Below are positions 25,380 through 36,443 of a stretch of DNA of 64,000 bases, one piece after another. The stretch's first letter is position 1. Each line of letters begins with the position of its first letter. The stretch is from Obrimoposthia wandeli (lineage: Eukaryota). The notes under the pieces are model-generated. The model was not told the DNA's origin and made no database searches. It worked only from the letters and a program-made list of their open reading frames with translations. The stretch is from NCBI GenBank assembly GCA_977020255.1, contig CDROCS010006580.1, positions 1-64,000 of the forward strand, written 5' to 3'. Position numbers and translations under genes: made by a program.

Positions 25380-25990
25380 TCTGTATTGAAAATGTTAAAA
25401 ATGTTAAAAATAATCATTAACCTGTTTTGGGAATTTTTTCTTTTTTTTGTAACAAGTTCCTTTAAAGTATCAGTCACAACAGAAGCACCATCAATTGTTA
25501 AACATACCAGGTTATTTGACAAAAAATCTTTTTCAATTAAAACTTTCATCAGATCACTAAAAATATGAACTCCAATAGTTGTATCGTCATTAAGTATAAT
25601 ATCCAAAGGCCTTCACTCACTCTAGAGTTCAAATCACATCTGCGAATAAAAACAGCCAACTTTATGTTTGCAATGTAATAGGTTTCAAATGTTGAAATTA
25701 GTGATGTCAGCTGAGTCCCTAGGTCCTATCTTCATTATATTTCATTGTTGTTGTTTTTGAAGTGTACACTTTAATTCAGACAATTTATCTTACGAAGTTA
25801 CGCAACACATGATTTGTATTCCAGTGCCCTTTAATATTATATTCTTTGCAAACTGTAACAGATTTTTCACAGGTCAAACATGAAGTCTTTTCCTTAAATA
25901 CAAAAAAAGAATGTAATTTCGTTTTTTACCAAACATCATAGAATGATAAATAATAATTTGTCGCTTTTCTACAAGCTACGGTGGAATTTT
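25380..25990 (-). mobile_element. hAT (Buster/GTF2IRD2-SPIN-like) transposase remnant
   Basis: Minus-strand fragments CLTCEKSVTVCKEYNIKGHWNTNH, (DE)SADITN...KLAVFIR and LVCLTIDGASVV resemble conserved hAT blocks; interrupted by stops and deletions. Confidence 0.7.
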
Positions 25991-26799
25991 AATGCAGTGA
26001 AAAAACAGTTAAATCTTCTACAAATTGGGATTTAAAGATTGTTGAGTCTTATTTATTTCCGAGTAAATTTAATCCCGAAATAAACTAATTCTGTTTCATA
26101 ATAGAAAAGTTTGAATACATTCAAATTTCAGACAGTCTTACCTTGAAATTTCATTTTATCCCTTTAAGAGGTACTTATGTAGCATTGTTCATACAAGAAG
26201 CTTTCTCTAATTTCCCCAACAACTATATTTTCTCATTATAATAAAACTTTACTCAAATTAAGATTTATTTTCTAACTTGATCTGATTAATGTCGAATTTG
26301 CTGAGCAATCTTGTATAATGAAAGATGTCAAAGACAATCTGAGAGTGACCATTTTCTTTTTTATGCAAAATGTTTTCTACTGGTGTTTATCGGGATGTAT
26401 TGGGAGAGAAAAGAATAAATCCCGATGGTTATTCATTTAGCATCAACTGAGCAAGTTGAGTATAGGTTAGGTTCAAGGGCTATTAATGGAAAAACAGAAA
26501 AGCGACCGAGTCACCAACTTCTCCATATTGTTGTCAAAGCACCTTACTGAGGATGGTCTGTGGCTATCATTTATAACCCTTGAACGATGCAAATATCCAA
26601 GGTGATGTGCCGTAGAAGAGATAATCCACCACACGCCAAAAATGAAGTCGTTACATTTTAAAAACTTTAGGCCAAATTGCTTGAAATGAAAACTTGTAAT
26701 TTTGCTTATTCGTAAATTCAACTGTCTATTTGACATCAGGGAAATTTCTTATGGACATTATTTTGTAACAATTAGATGACATGGTACTAGACTATCCTA

Positions 26800-27200
26800 T
26801 GCAAACTCGGCAGCTGCTTATACGGTACTGCCAAATTGTGGATGTTAAAAGAAGAAAAAATAACATCATTTGTAAATTTCCAATACTATCTTCTCAAAGC
26901 AGTCGAGTGTAGAAAATACAATGATTTGCTGTTAGCCTGGTTTTAGTTGATTGTGTGATCAAATGAGCAACCATAACACAGAATACCATTGGAATTTTAT
27001 TTAAACAACAGAGTGAAAATCTCTGCAAAAAAGAGATGAGACAAACCTACTATCATTACAATAACGCTTCTCCACATTCCACTAAATTAACTCAAAACAC
27101 AATAGAAAGAATGATTTACAGCTTCCTTATCCATCCTATTCACCAGATCTCCTGCTGAGTGATGGTCTATTTAGTAAACTTAATAAACCACTTTTAATAC
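26800..27200 (+). mobile_element. mariner transposase remnant
   Basis: LPYPSYSPDLLLSDGLF at ~27122-27172 (YSPDL motif), preceded by NNASPHSTKLTQ (DNARPH-like). Confidence 0.7.
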
Positions 27201-28299
27201 CCTAGATGATATCAAAAAAGCTATCGAAGTCATTTTATAAAAAAGGTAGTCAATTAAAGATCGACTACATTTAAGAACTGAATATGATGTATTTTGTTCA
27301 AATATATTTTGTTATTTATAAAACATCGATTTAATTTCTAAAAATAGAATGAAGATGTATCAGAGCATTCTGAACGTTTAAATTGCTCTTTTAGCGTTCT
27401 TTATTTCTGTCAACAAATTTATTTAAAACCTACATTATCAATAAGGAGGGTTACCAAAGAATAGTAAAATTAATTGTTTCACACGATTTCGCACTCTCTT
27501 CTAATAAACAAGAAGCTAAGTCATTTTTCTCTTGTATAGCATATATTTAACCTCTTAAGTCCTAATCTTTGAATAACATTCAATTATGCAAAATTTTTCT
27601 ATGAGCAGATTCCTTCATCAGCCTAATGAAGCATAAACGAAAATTGTTTCAATAAATTTTCCTTTGTATGTTTAATAAAAATAGAAAAAAGTGTTTTAAT
27701 TTCTCTATTTTCAAAACATTATAATTACAAAATAACACTTTAAAATGCAAACAACATGTACAGTAGTGATGGTCTTTTTACAAATGTTGAAGTACAGAGG
27801 TGTAAAGTCTTACAGTATACGATTGATAACTATTATATTTACTATACTTTAAAGAAGTGCGAATTCAATGATGGAAAAGTTATTAAAAATCATAGAGAAT
27901 CATTTATTTACAATCTACAAAAAATTTGGTGATCATTGAAATAGAAAATTGCTTAAAATATAAATAAACAACTACATAAAAACATTTATTTCATCATTAG
28001 TATTTATTAGAATATTTTCACTTACAAATGCATGCAAAACTGCGGTCATCCACGCGTTCAGTGAATTCCGAGACCTCAACTTCATTGAGAGCAGCACAAT
28101 GTTTAATGACATCTATTTTAAGGTCAAACTTAGAATTATATCGTCGACTGTTTTAGATTAGGGGAATTTGGCTATTTCTCGACATTGACATTATTATCCT
28201 AAGCAAATTTCTTGTTATGATTCACAGTATTCACACTTCAGTTTTGATATATTTCAATGGGTAGGCTTCCTTCAATGAAATTCAGCTTTGAACTCTTAT

Positions 28300-28720
28300 T
28301 TTATACTAAATTCCCAATACCATTAACGAACCTCCATCTGTTTCATGAGATCATGCCAATAATAATTACACGGTGGTCCATCTACACTTAGTGTTTCTCG
28401 TCGCAAAACCAAACTTTGTACCAATCTTGTTTGACTTAAATCTTACAAAATCCAAATCATTTGTCTTGGGCTAAGATTCTATTTTCTCCTTTTCTAATTC
28501 TTAAGGTTCTGTATATTGTAGGTATAGATTCTTCATCATTAAGTTCATATTGATTTTATAGAACGAGTGATTCTTTTGACTAGATTTGTGAATCATATTT
28601 CAGTTTCTAACAAAGAGATTATACGACCATTCAAATTATTATTAAATGTTTTCCATAACCCATCCTTCTAAGTAATATTTAAAGTAATTTTATATTTTTA
28701 TTATATTCCTAATATTTACT
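28300..28720 (-). mobile_element. Tc1/Tc3-like transposase remnant
   Basis: Minus strand reads DWYKVWFCDEK..SVDGPPCNYYWHDL...GGSLMVLG, resembling Tc3-type VWFSDEKKFNLDGPDG.YYW.DL...GGG.VMVWG. Confidence 0.65.
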
Positions 28721-29207
28721 AATTTTGCTTCCATTTCGTTTATAATTCCAATTTTTAAAATTTATTAAACTATAATAAGCAAATAATGATCAAATTGATT
28801 TTTTTTATATTTTACTAATTTTCTTTTAATTGAATTTAATTTAGATTCTAACTAAAATAGTATATACATTATATTAAGTTCATATTGATTTTATAGAACG
28901 AGTGATTCTTTTGACTAGATTTGTGAATCATATTTCAGTTTCTAACAAAGAGATTATACGACCATTCAAATTATTATTAAATGTTTTCCATAACCCATCC
29001 TTCTAAGTAATATTTAAAGTAATTTTATATTTTTATTATATTCCTAATATTTACTAATTTTGCTTCCATTTCGTTTATAATTCCAATTTTTAAAATTTAT
29101 TAAACTATAATAAGCAAATAATGATCAAATTGATTTTTTTTATATTTTACTAATTTTCTTTTAATTGAATTTAATTTAGATTCTAACTAAAATAGTATAT
29201 ACATTAT
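28538..29207. repeat. Two-copy ~335-bp tandem duplication
   Basis: The sequence starting ATTAAGTTCATATTGATTTTATAGAACGAG at 28538 recurs at 28873 and looks identical by eye. Confidence 0.93.
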
Positions 29208-29399
29208 ATAAAACCCAAAATTTACTATTAAACATTTTACTTGCATCAAAACTTTCAAAATAGTTCTTTCTTCAATAGCAATAGAATGGCCAAAAATTCC
29301 ATGCTTTTCATGCCTAAGCGACCATGGCTGTACATAATCTATATCTAAAAATAAAACAAATGTATCCTATATACATGTATATATTTTCCTATTTATTAG

Positions 29400-30240
29400 T
29401 CACACTTTGTACACAACGAAGTATTTATCCATGTATATTTACGGCAGAACATGACAAATCAAAGATGGTAAGATACAATAATTTTATTTAGACAAGTGTG
29501 GCATTGCTTCCTCTTCAAGATTCTTCAAATTCGATCATTTTCTGACGGTTAATATTCTTCAGTGGTAATATCTACTTGGAAAAACAATCACCTTAGGCAA
29601 TTATCCAAGAGAAATTGTCTGTGACTGAAGTGATATCCAGTTGATTGTTTGTAAAGAATCTTTGTATTATAAAATACTACTAGGAGCTAACACCGGGTCC
29701 TTGTCTTTGTTGTATACATCTTCCTCATCCAATCCAAACTATCCAACTCCTTCTTTAGTTGAATTGCAATAAAGTATTGTCTCAGGTTTTCTATTTTATT
29801 ATTAGACAAAGAAACATCGGAATAAGACAATTTTTGGCGTTTCAGTTATATGCAGCCCAAGTGATATCAGGCTCAACCTTGAATACCTTAGTGGTATAAA
29901 TACTAACTTCTTTGTTGAGCAGTGATTGTTTTTCCAATGAAAGTTCTCGGCGATTGTAGCGAATTGAACCCGACGATTTAACTTTGATTTGAGATACTGA
30001 TGTAGGACGGGAAAGAGTTATTAAATGTGACGTATTCTTTATTTTTCAGTGCTTGCAAAAGTATCTTCACTACTTGGTGGTCGAATTGAGTTTCTGCTGG
30101 TCGTCTTGCCCCGTTTCCTAAATACACGAAGCCATATATTAAATACTTACTTCCAACTTCAGCTGGCATCCAATTTCTTCTATGGCGATAGTTCAATTAG
30201 TTTTCCTTCAGTCTCTGTTGAAGAACCTCCGAAAGAATAA
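29400..30240 (-). mobile_element. piggyBac transposase pseudogene
   Basis: Minus strand: WMPAEVGSKYLIYGFVYLGNGARRPAETQFDHQVV, SIRYNRREL, RKPETILYCNSTKEGV, RTRC.LLVVFYN, and a C-terminal Cys-rich RKQCHTC. A possible end GGG-TTAA lies at 30987-30993. Confidence 0.75.
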
Positions 30241-32724
30241 AATATATTAAAATACTTTTAGAAATAAATTCAATAGTGGGCAGTGAGATGACGATGATGG
30301 GCGGGTAATGGATCTGGTAATGGAGGTCATATTTTTAAGTAAAATTATGTAAATATTTTATGTGTTTTAACAGGTTAATTTAAGTTAACCTTGGTGATTT
30401 ATGTTTCGAAGTCTTGTAGTGATGGTAAGGTATAATTTAAAGTTAAATAAATCAATGAAAGATTTAGATGAGTTGAAGTTACCAGTTTTTATATTCTATC
30501 CCCCGCTCCGAAACAGTCTCAGTACACTTTTTACTATGACGTATCAATAATATTTCGTTTCCATTGAGCTGTTGGTCCATGGGGTTAACTCGAATACATT
30601 TACCAGTACTTAGATTTAATTCTATCGATGTTGTAATGTCTCGAGCGAGTTAACCTACTAAATCATAATCAATATCGTCAATCAGATTACCGTGGAAAAT
30701 ATTTTCATCTTACAATTCATTTTCCGTTTCTTTTACATTTGAGTCAACCTCAGCAATATTTTCCCCAAGATTCTTTGATATTGTGAAGTTTTCGCATAAG
30801 CTGATATATGACTGCTTGAGAATTTAAGCACATTTATCAAATGTATCCATTAGAAATAAAGATAACCTGAAACATTGGAAATTTTAAAGGTTATTTTGTT
30901 TCCAATGAAAAATAATCATGCTTTCATTACAAAAATATTTAAAATTTATTTTGTGGTTAAAATGATCGTGTGTTTTAAGTGTTAAAGGGTTAATGAGGAC
31001 AAGCCCTTATCAATAATTTAGCCGATTCCTAAAATGTAAAACAGAAATTTAATAATTTCTTTCATGCAACTCAATACAGAATCAAGAAGATGAAATCGGG
31101 AAAATTCTAAAACCGATAGAATTATGTCGTAAGAATATTTGGGGAAAAAATTCGAAATTAGTATATATTCTCTAGCTCACTGAAAAGTGGCTATAGTTTT
31201 ATAACAATAATCTACAATTGCAAATTAACACTTTACTCCAGATGAAGCTCGTTTCTTGTAGCTAGGCTCAGTTCACAATCACTGACAAGTGCGTAGCTCT
31301 TTGGAAATTCTATCTGCTTTCTCGAGCATACATTTCCAAGACGGCGCCGCTGGAAACAAAAGCTCAGACTGATGTTCTCCAAAAATGACATATGTACAGT
31401 GAGTGTAACTTGCGTTGTCTCAGATTTGGTCAGTTGGATCTGCTCTTCCACTTGATTTTTCAAACATTGCCTAGATTGTGGGCATATTTACCTTACACCA
31501 GTTACCTTTCCCAGAACACTCCCCTCACCACAATAGAAGCTTTGTCGTCATCAATGGATAATTTCTGGGAAACTGCTGTAGACTGTTTGCAATTCACGGA
31601 TTGATACACTTATTACCGTTATGCTTTCTTACATATATTTTTATCAGTAAATTCTATTTTCTCAACAATTAACCAACCACATATAATTCAACATTTCACT
31701 TCAGTTACGCTAATTATAGCCCATCAAAAGTACTCAATTTATTTTTCTTAATGAATATGAACGTATTCAGATGTACTCAAAACTAAATTGTCCCAAAAAT
31801 ATATCCACGTGACTTATTTGATCCCAGAAAAAACAAAAATCTTTAGTGTGTTCAGAAACGTTTGGAATGGGTTTCCCAGAAATAAAAAGAGTCAAATCCA
31901 GATATATTAAACTTAAATTCATGCATAGTCACTTGATACATCAGCTTCATTCTCTCAAATACGCTCAAATATTAGATCAATTAAGGGAACGCAGTCTCAG
32001 ACAAAACCGCTTTTCGTCCATGTAAATTATATAGTTTAGATCGGTTGACTCAAAGAGATCCAATCACTCTTGAGCAACTTCGACGTGACAAGACTTTTGA
32101 TGGAGCTTAGAGTGCACTAACAACGAGAGTGTCACTGAGTTGCCGATGGATATTCGATTGCCGACCAGCACCATATTTTGATTTACCTTGACATTGGAAA
32201 CCGGTTTTTGACTTATTGACGCTTCCTCCAGTAATTTCCTTTTCCTTCTTTCACGTATTTAATTATGTGACGTACAGTTGTAAGTGACGAATTCGGTGAA
32301 TATCACCTGTGGTGTAATTATTCTTGCATAATGTATATAATTAAACTAAATTAATAATTCATATTAAAAAAATCCTGGTAAAGCAATATAAATCAATTAT
32401 AATTTTTTCCCATTATCGCTATGTGTTTATATGAGAATTTTGTTTATTTAACAAATATCGTACCTTTTCAAAGTAGTTTATTTTATATTTAAATTCAAAA
32501 TTACATTCAATATATTTACAATCACTTTTTGAAAAGCATAAAATTTGAAATATTACTAACTTAACATATAACTTTTGATCCTTTTTGTTTTTATTTTCTC
32601 CTTTAACGTGTATTTTGCAAATATTAAGCATACGTTTGTTGTCAATTTAATATTATTACCCTATACAATTAATACTAATAATGTCAAAAGATCAAGTAAA
32701 TCCAACTGTTGTTAAAACTACTAT

Positions 32725-33895
32725 AGTAGGTACTTTGATGGAGTCTAGACCACTGGGGGGGGGTCCCCCTTGTGTGCGCACACCAAGTTAAAGGGTGTCA
32801 CACCATAGAAATGTCACACCATAAGGTGTCAAACCATAAGGGTATATGTTGCCTCACCATAGGGGTGTCTTGCCACACCATAAGGGTCTGGCTCAGAAAG
32901 GTTATGAAGGTTTGAAGGTATGGTCGTGACCGTCTATGATCGGCCAACATACCCAAGGGGTTGTGGTCGTCCATAGGTCAAAGGGTCGGACTTAGTTTGG
33001 ACTTGAAACTTTGAAGGTATAATTAAGGTCAACTATGGTCGGCCAACATACCCAAGGGGTTGTGGTCGTCCATAGGTCAAAGGGTCGGACTCAGTTTTGA
33101 CTTGAAATCTCTTGAAGGTATAATTGAGGTCAACTATGGTTGACCAACACATCTAAAGCGGGTCATGGACGTCCATAATTCAAAGGGTCAAGGTCAGTTT
33201 TGACTTGAAACTTTGAAGGTATAATTAAGGTCAACTATGGTTGGCCATCACATTTAAAGGGTTGTGGTCGTCCATAGGTGAAAGGGTCGGGCTAAAAACA
33301 AAGTCAAGTTTAAAATATCAAGGTTTTAGTACATGGTTGGAATCATCTTTAGAAGGTGAATTCACCCATAAAGTATGGTCGGTCATATATGAAGGGGTCG
33401 GGATATAGACCAAATCAAGTTTTAAATGTCAAAGTTTGAATACATGGTTGTAATCATCTTTAGAAGACGAATTCATCCATATAGGTATGGTCGTCCATAG
33501 ATGAAGGGTTAAAAAATATTGGAATTTCATAGTTTCAAGTACATGGTTGTATTCGTCAACATATTACGAGTTTAATCATGTAAAAATTTTTTGGTCGTTC
33601 ACAAGGTAAGGGTCAGATTTGGCATAAGTTAAGGAATTATATAGTAATTAATCAATTATTCTATGTGAAAGTTCACTCTTATCAGTTAAGGAATGTATTA
33701 CGTAATAACACACACACTATTATATGTGAAAATTTAAGCTAAAGTTCACTCTTATCAGTTAAAGAATGTATTACGTAATAATACGCACACTATTCTATGT
33801 GAAAATTTAGATCAAAGTTTTTTCCAGGCTTATGCATCTAAAGAAATATGGTAAAATTTATTTAAATAACATAAATTATATATTAAAATCAAATA
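32725..33895 (+). repeat. Left TIR, with internal ~100-bp (x4), ~115-bp and ~62-bp tandem units
   Basis: Reverse-complementary to 39650-40738, e.g. CCATAAGGGTCTGGCTCAGAAAG vs CTTTCTGAGCCAGACCCTTATGG and GGCTTATGCATCTAAAGAAATATGGTAAA vs TTTACCATATTTCTTTAGATGCATAAGCC. Confidence 0.92.
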
Positions 33896-33911
33896 TCATT
33901 AATGAATATAT

Positions 33912-34364
33912 TTATATACAATTTATATAATCAATACATAGAGAAAAACATTTCAAATAAGCACAATGTTTTCCGTGTTTTCTAAACAGACATCGAATAT
34001 TTTTTGGCATTTTCTTTAAATTTTTGAAACTTTTATTATAATTCACAATTCTCAAATTTGGAAACATTCGTTTCACTAAATTAATTTTCTTTCCATCAAT
34101 AGAATCCATAACATAGAATATTGTTTCAACATCATCAATATGAATATCAGAGCTTTCACCTTCAAACCAGGATAACTGATGATGATGATTTATCAAATAT
34201 AGATTTTTTCTTTTAACTGTAAATGATAAACTACTCCATGGTATTTGATTTTTAAACACGTAATGAAATGGACAAGTCATATCATTCACATACATTATAC
34301 ATAATTTCTTTGGAATATATTGTCCATTATTATCAATAAAACATTCTAAATCAATAAAAGCCAT
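33912..34364 (-). CDS. Polinton accessory protein (~150 aa from MAFIDLECF); possible DEDD/DnaQ-like nuclease fold with C-terminal C/H motif
   Basis: The ORF track gives 175 aa from a non-ATG start at 34439; the first ATG is at 34364. It has an N-terminal FIDLECF acidic motif, HHHQLSWFEG and C-terminal CLFRKHGKHCA. The fold assignment is inference. Confidence 0.6.
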   Translation of the reverse strand: MAFIDLECFIDNNGQYIPKKLCIMYVNDMTCPFHYVFKNQIPWSSLSFTVKRKNLYLINHHHQLSWFEGESSDIHIDDVETIFYVMDSIDGKKINLVKRMFPNLRIVNYNKSFKNLKKMPKNIRCLFRKHGKHCAYLKCFSLCIDYINCI

Positions 34365-34414
34365 TTGAAAAATTAAATGAAATACTATAATGATATATTT
34401 GTTTATACTTAAAA

Positions 34415-34753
34415 TTATTTGTGTTGAAGTTTCAACCATAAAAGACTCAGAGGTCCGCAGTTTTTAGTTAATGGATTCTGACATTTTACTCGATTATAGT
34501 AGACTGGAATGTTTTCTTTTTCAAGTGTAGACACCAACTTTGAAGGATAATAGAATCCAAAAGGATCAAACACTCGAATCTCGAATCTGTCAACGAATAT
34601 TGCTATCCAATGTTCGCCTGGTAGATTTGAAGTATGAGTATTGATAATGTAGCCTCCGGGTTTTAATGATGGAATTTTATCCAATGAATATACTCCATTA
34701 AATTTGTTATTCAATAATATATTTCCGGATTTATAAATTTCTAAAGTACTAAT
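34415..34753 (-). CDS. PRO: Adenain-like cysteine protease (maturation protease); no in-frame ATG
   Basis: Motifs GVYSLDKIP, INT...LPGEHWIAI, VFDPFG and Q.....NCG give the His/Asp/Gln/Cys set. The open frame extends to ATT at 34753 (ISTLEIY...), preceded by TAA. Confidence 0.85.
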   Translation of the reverse strand: MSTLEIYKSGNILLNNKFNGVYSLDKIPSLKPGGYIINTHTSNLPGEHWIAIFVDRFEIRVFDPFGFYYPSKLVSTLEKENIPVYYNRVKCQNPLTKNCGPLSLLWLKLQHK

Positions 34754-34787
34754 TTAAATAAAGAATATAATATAAAATAAGCTTACT

Positions 34788-36008
34788 TCATACAATCACA
34801 GTTTTATTTTTCGTAATCTCAATTTCGGAATCAAATATTCCGTAAATCAAAACACTTGTTGGAACAACCAAAGGAGAATTAAATCTAATTTCAAGTCTTA
34901 AATTACCAGTTTTAGGCACTTGAGTAGTGTTTATATCAAAATCTAGTGCTAAAAGAAAAGTGAAAATCGAACTTCCTGATTTAAAATCAGAAAATCTGAT
35001 ACCGTTATTCAAGTTTTTATCTAAAATATTCATATTTCGAATAATTGACTGCATATATGCTAATGAAAAATTGTTATTATCTAGATTATAAGTTTCTCGA
35101 TAATCTGTATTTCTAGCTAATGATATTGTTGAAACATTAAATGTATTGAACGTAGAAGATTTAACTTTGTATTCCTTACCACCCTGAGGTGTATCTTTGA
35201 AAGCAATCAAAATGAACTTGGGTAAACGATAGTCTCCGAATATTTGATCTTTATTAAGTTCTAAAGAACCCTGAGGAATTGAATATGTTACTAACTGAGT
35301 TTTTCTAATTGGGTAAACTGCATTCTGACATTGCAAACCTAACTGATGTCCAATAATTACTGAAGAATCAACTTTTACTCTTCTAACATACAATCTAGCA
35401 TCTAGAATTTGAATAATTGGTTTTGAAGTTTCTGAATAGAGCGAAAAATTATGCTGATTTCTCATAAATCTCAAATGAACATTAATCCATGGAATCAAAT
35501 ATTTTGGTTGATCAAAGAAATCTAATCTAATTGAATTACACAATGAAAATATTTTAGATTCACTAATCCATTGTTTACGATTTTCTGCATCATCATCATA
35601 CCCGGAACATTCAAGGTTAGTATACTTGGTATCACTACTAAAATTCAAAAGAGTATCGAATATAGCCTTATGAGTATACGTTCCATTTCCTCCTTCAACC
35701 TTTACATTATTAAGTGTTAGAATAACATCTCTAAACAAAGTTTGAAACAGGTAATTCTCTGGAGTTACATCGCTATCTTTCATTAAATCAGTACCATCTT
35801 CATTTACAACTTTTAATTTAATATTTAACAAAGTATCATTCAAATCCAGATAATCTTCTTCAGATGCATGAATATTAAATTCTATGTCATTTAAATTTCC
35901 ACCAGTAATTGAATTGTTTGGAAATATTTCTTCAAAACTTGAATTTTCAATCACTACTTGAGGTAGTGGTCTATCGAAAATACACAATTCAGATTTTATA
36001 CTAGTCAT
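34788..36008 (-). CDS. PY: Major capsid protein (double jelly-roll), 406 aa, intact ORF
   Basis: N-terminal KSELCIFDRPLPQVVIE, IEFNI...EDYLDLNDTLL, LRLDFFDQPKYLIP, RLYVRRVKV, LPKFILIAF and C-terminal GNLRLEIRF are typical of Polinton MCP. Confidence 0.9.
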   Translation of the reverse strand: MTSIKSELCIFDRPLPQVVIENSSFEEIFPNNSITGGNLNDIEFNIHASEEDYLDLNDTLLNIKLKVVNEDGTDLMKDSDVTPENYLFQTLFRDVILTLNNVKVEGGNGTYTHKAIFDTLLNFSSDTKYTNLECSGYDDDAENRKQWISESKIFSLCNSIRLDFFDQPKYLIPWINVHLRFMRNQHNFSLYSETSKPIIQILDARLYVRRVKVDSSVIIGHQLGLQCQNAVYPIRKTQLVTYSIPQGSLELNKDQIFGDYRLPKFILIAFKDTPQGGKEYKVKSSTFNTFNVSTISLARNTDYRETYNLDNNNFSLAYMQSIIRNMNILDKNLNNGIRFSDFKSGSSIFTFLLALDFDINTTQVPKTGNLRLEIRFNSPLVVPTSVLIYGIFDSEIEITKNKTVIV

Positions 36009-36010
36009 TT

Positions 36011-36406
36011 TTAAAAAATAGTACCTTTAAGACGTTTGTTTATACTATTTAAATTATTTCTTTTACGTTTAAGACCCTTTCCATTTTGTTCAACACAATT
36101 TGCGACTTTATTTAAACTCTCAACAGCATTATTTTTTAATTTTGGAATCAAAGTTTTGACTTCTTTGATTGTATTTTCTTTGAGAGATGAAATTATGTTT
36201 TTTGGATTTGTTAACGCAGTTCCTACCGTTTCCCCAATTGCATTGGCAGCACTTGTAGCTGCTGATAAACCAGCTTTTTTAATAAATGGAATAGCTAAAC
36301 TAGAAATAGTTTGAAACCAACCAGATCCATATTGTTTACCAATGAAATAGGGAAGTTCACCGCCCTGTTGACCTTTGCTATAAAATTTTATAATTGATGT
36401 ATTCAT
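36011..36406 (-). CDS. Small basic putative virion core/membrane-active protein, 131 aa
   Basis: Lies between mCP and MCP. QQGGELPYF.G.QYGSGWFQTISSLAIPFIKK is followed by an Ala-rich helix and a basic C-terminus (KGLKRKR). Confidence 0.7.
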   Translation of the reverse strand: MNTSIIKFYSKGQQGGELPYFIGKQYGSGWFQTISSLAIPFIKKAGLSAATSAANAIGETVGTALTNPKNIISSLKENTIKEVKTLIPKLKNNAVESLNKVANCVEQNGKGLKRKRNNLNSINKRLKGTIF

Positions 36407-36443
36407 TTTATATATTTTTATATTTTAAATATATTTATATTGT

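Noticed and set aside
31150-32300. Coding-like relic (ORFs 31233, 31392), possibly hAT
   Set aside because: Only vague motif similarity (NEADVSS, LEKADRISKEL); not enough to call.
36036-36314. Antisense ORFs at 36036 (+), 38141 (-), 52783 (-) and 54402 (-)
   Set aside because: They are shadow frames opposite real coding or pseudo-coding sequence.
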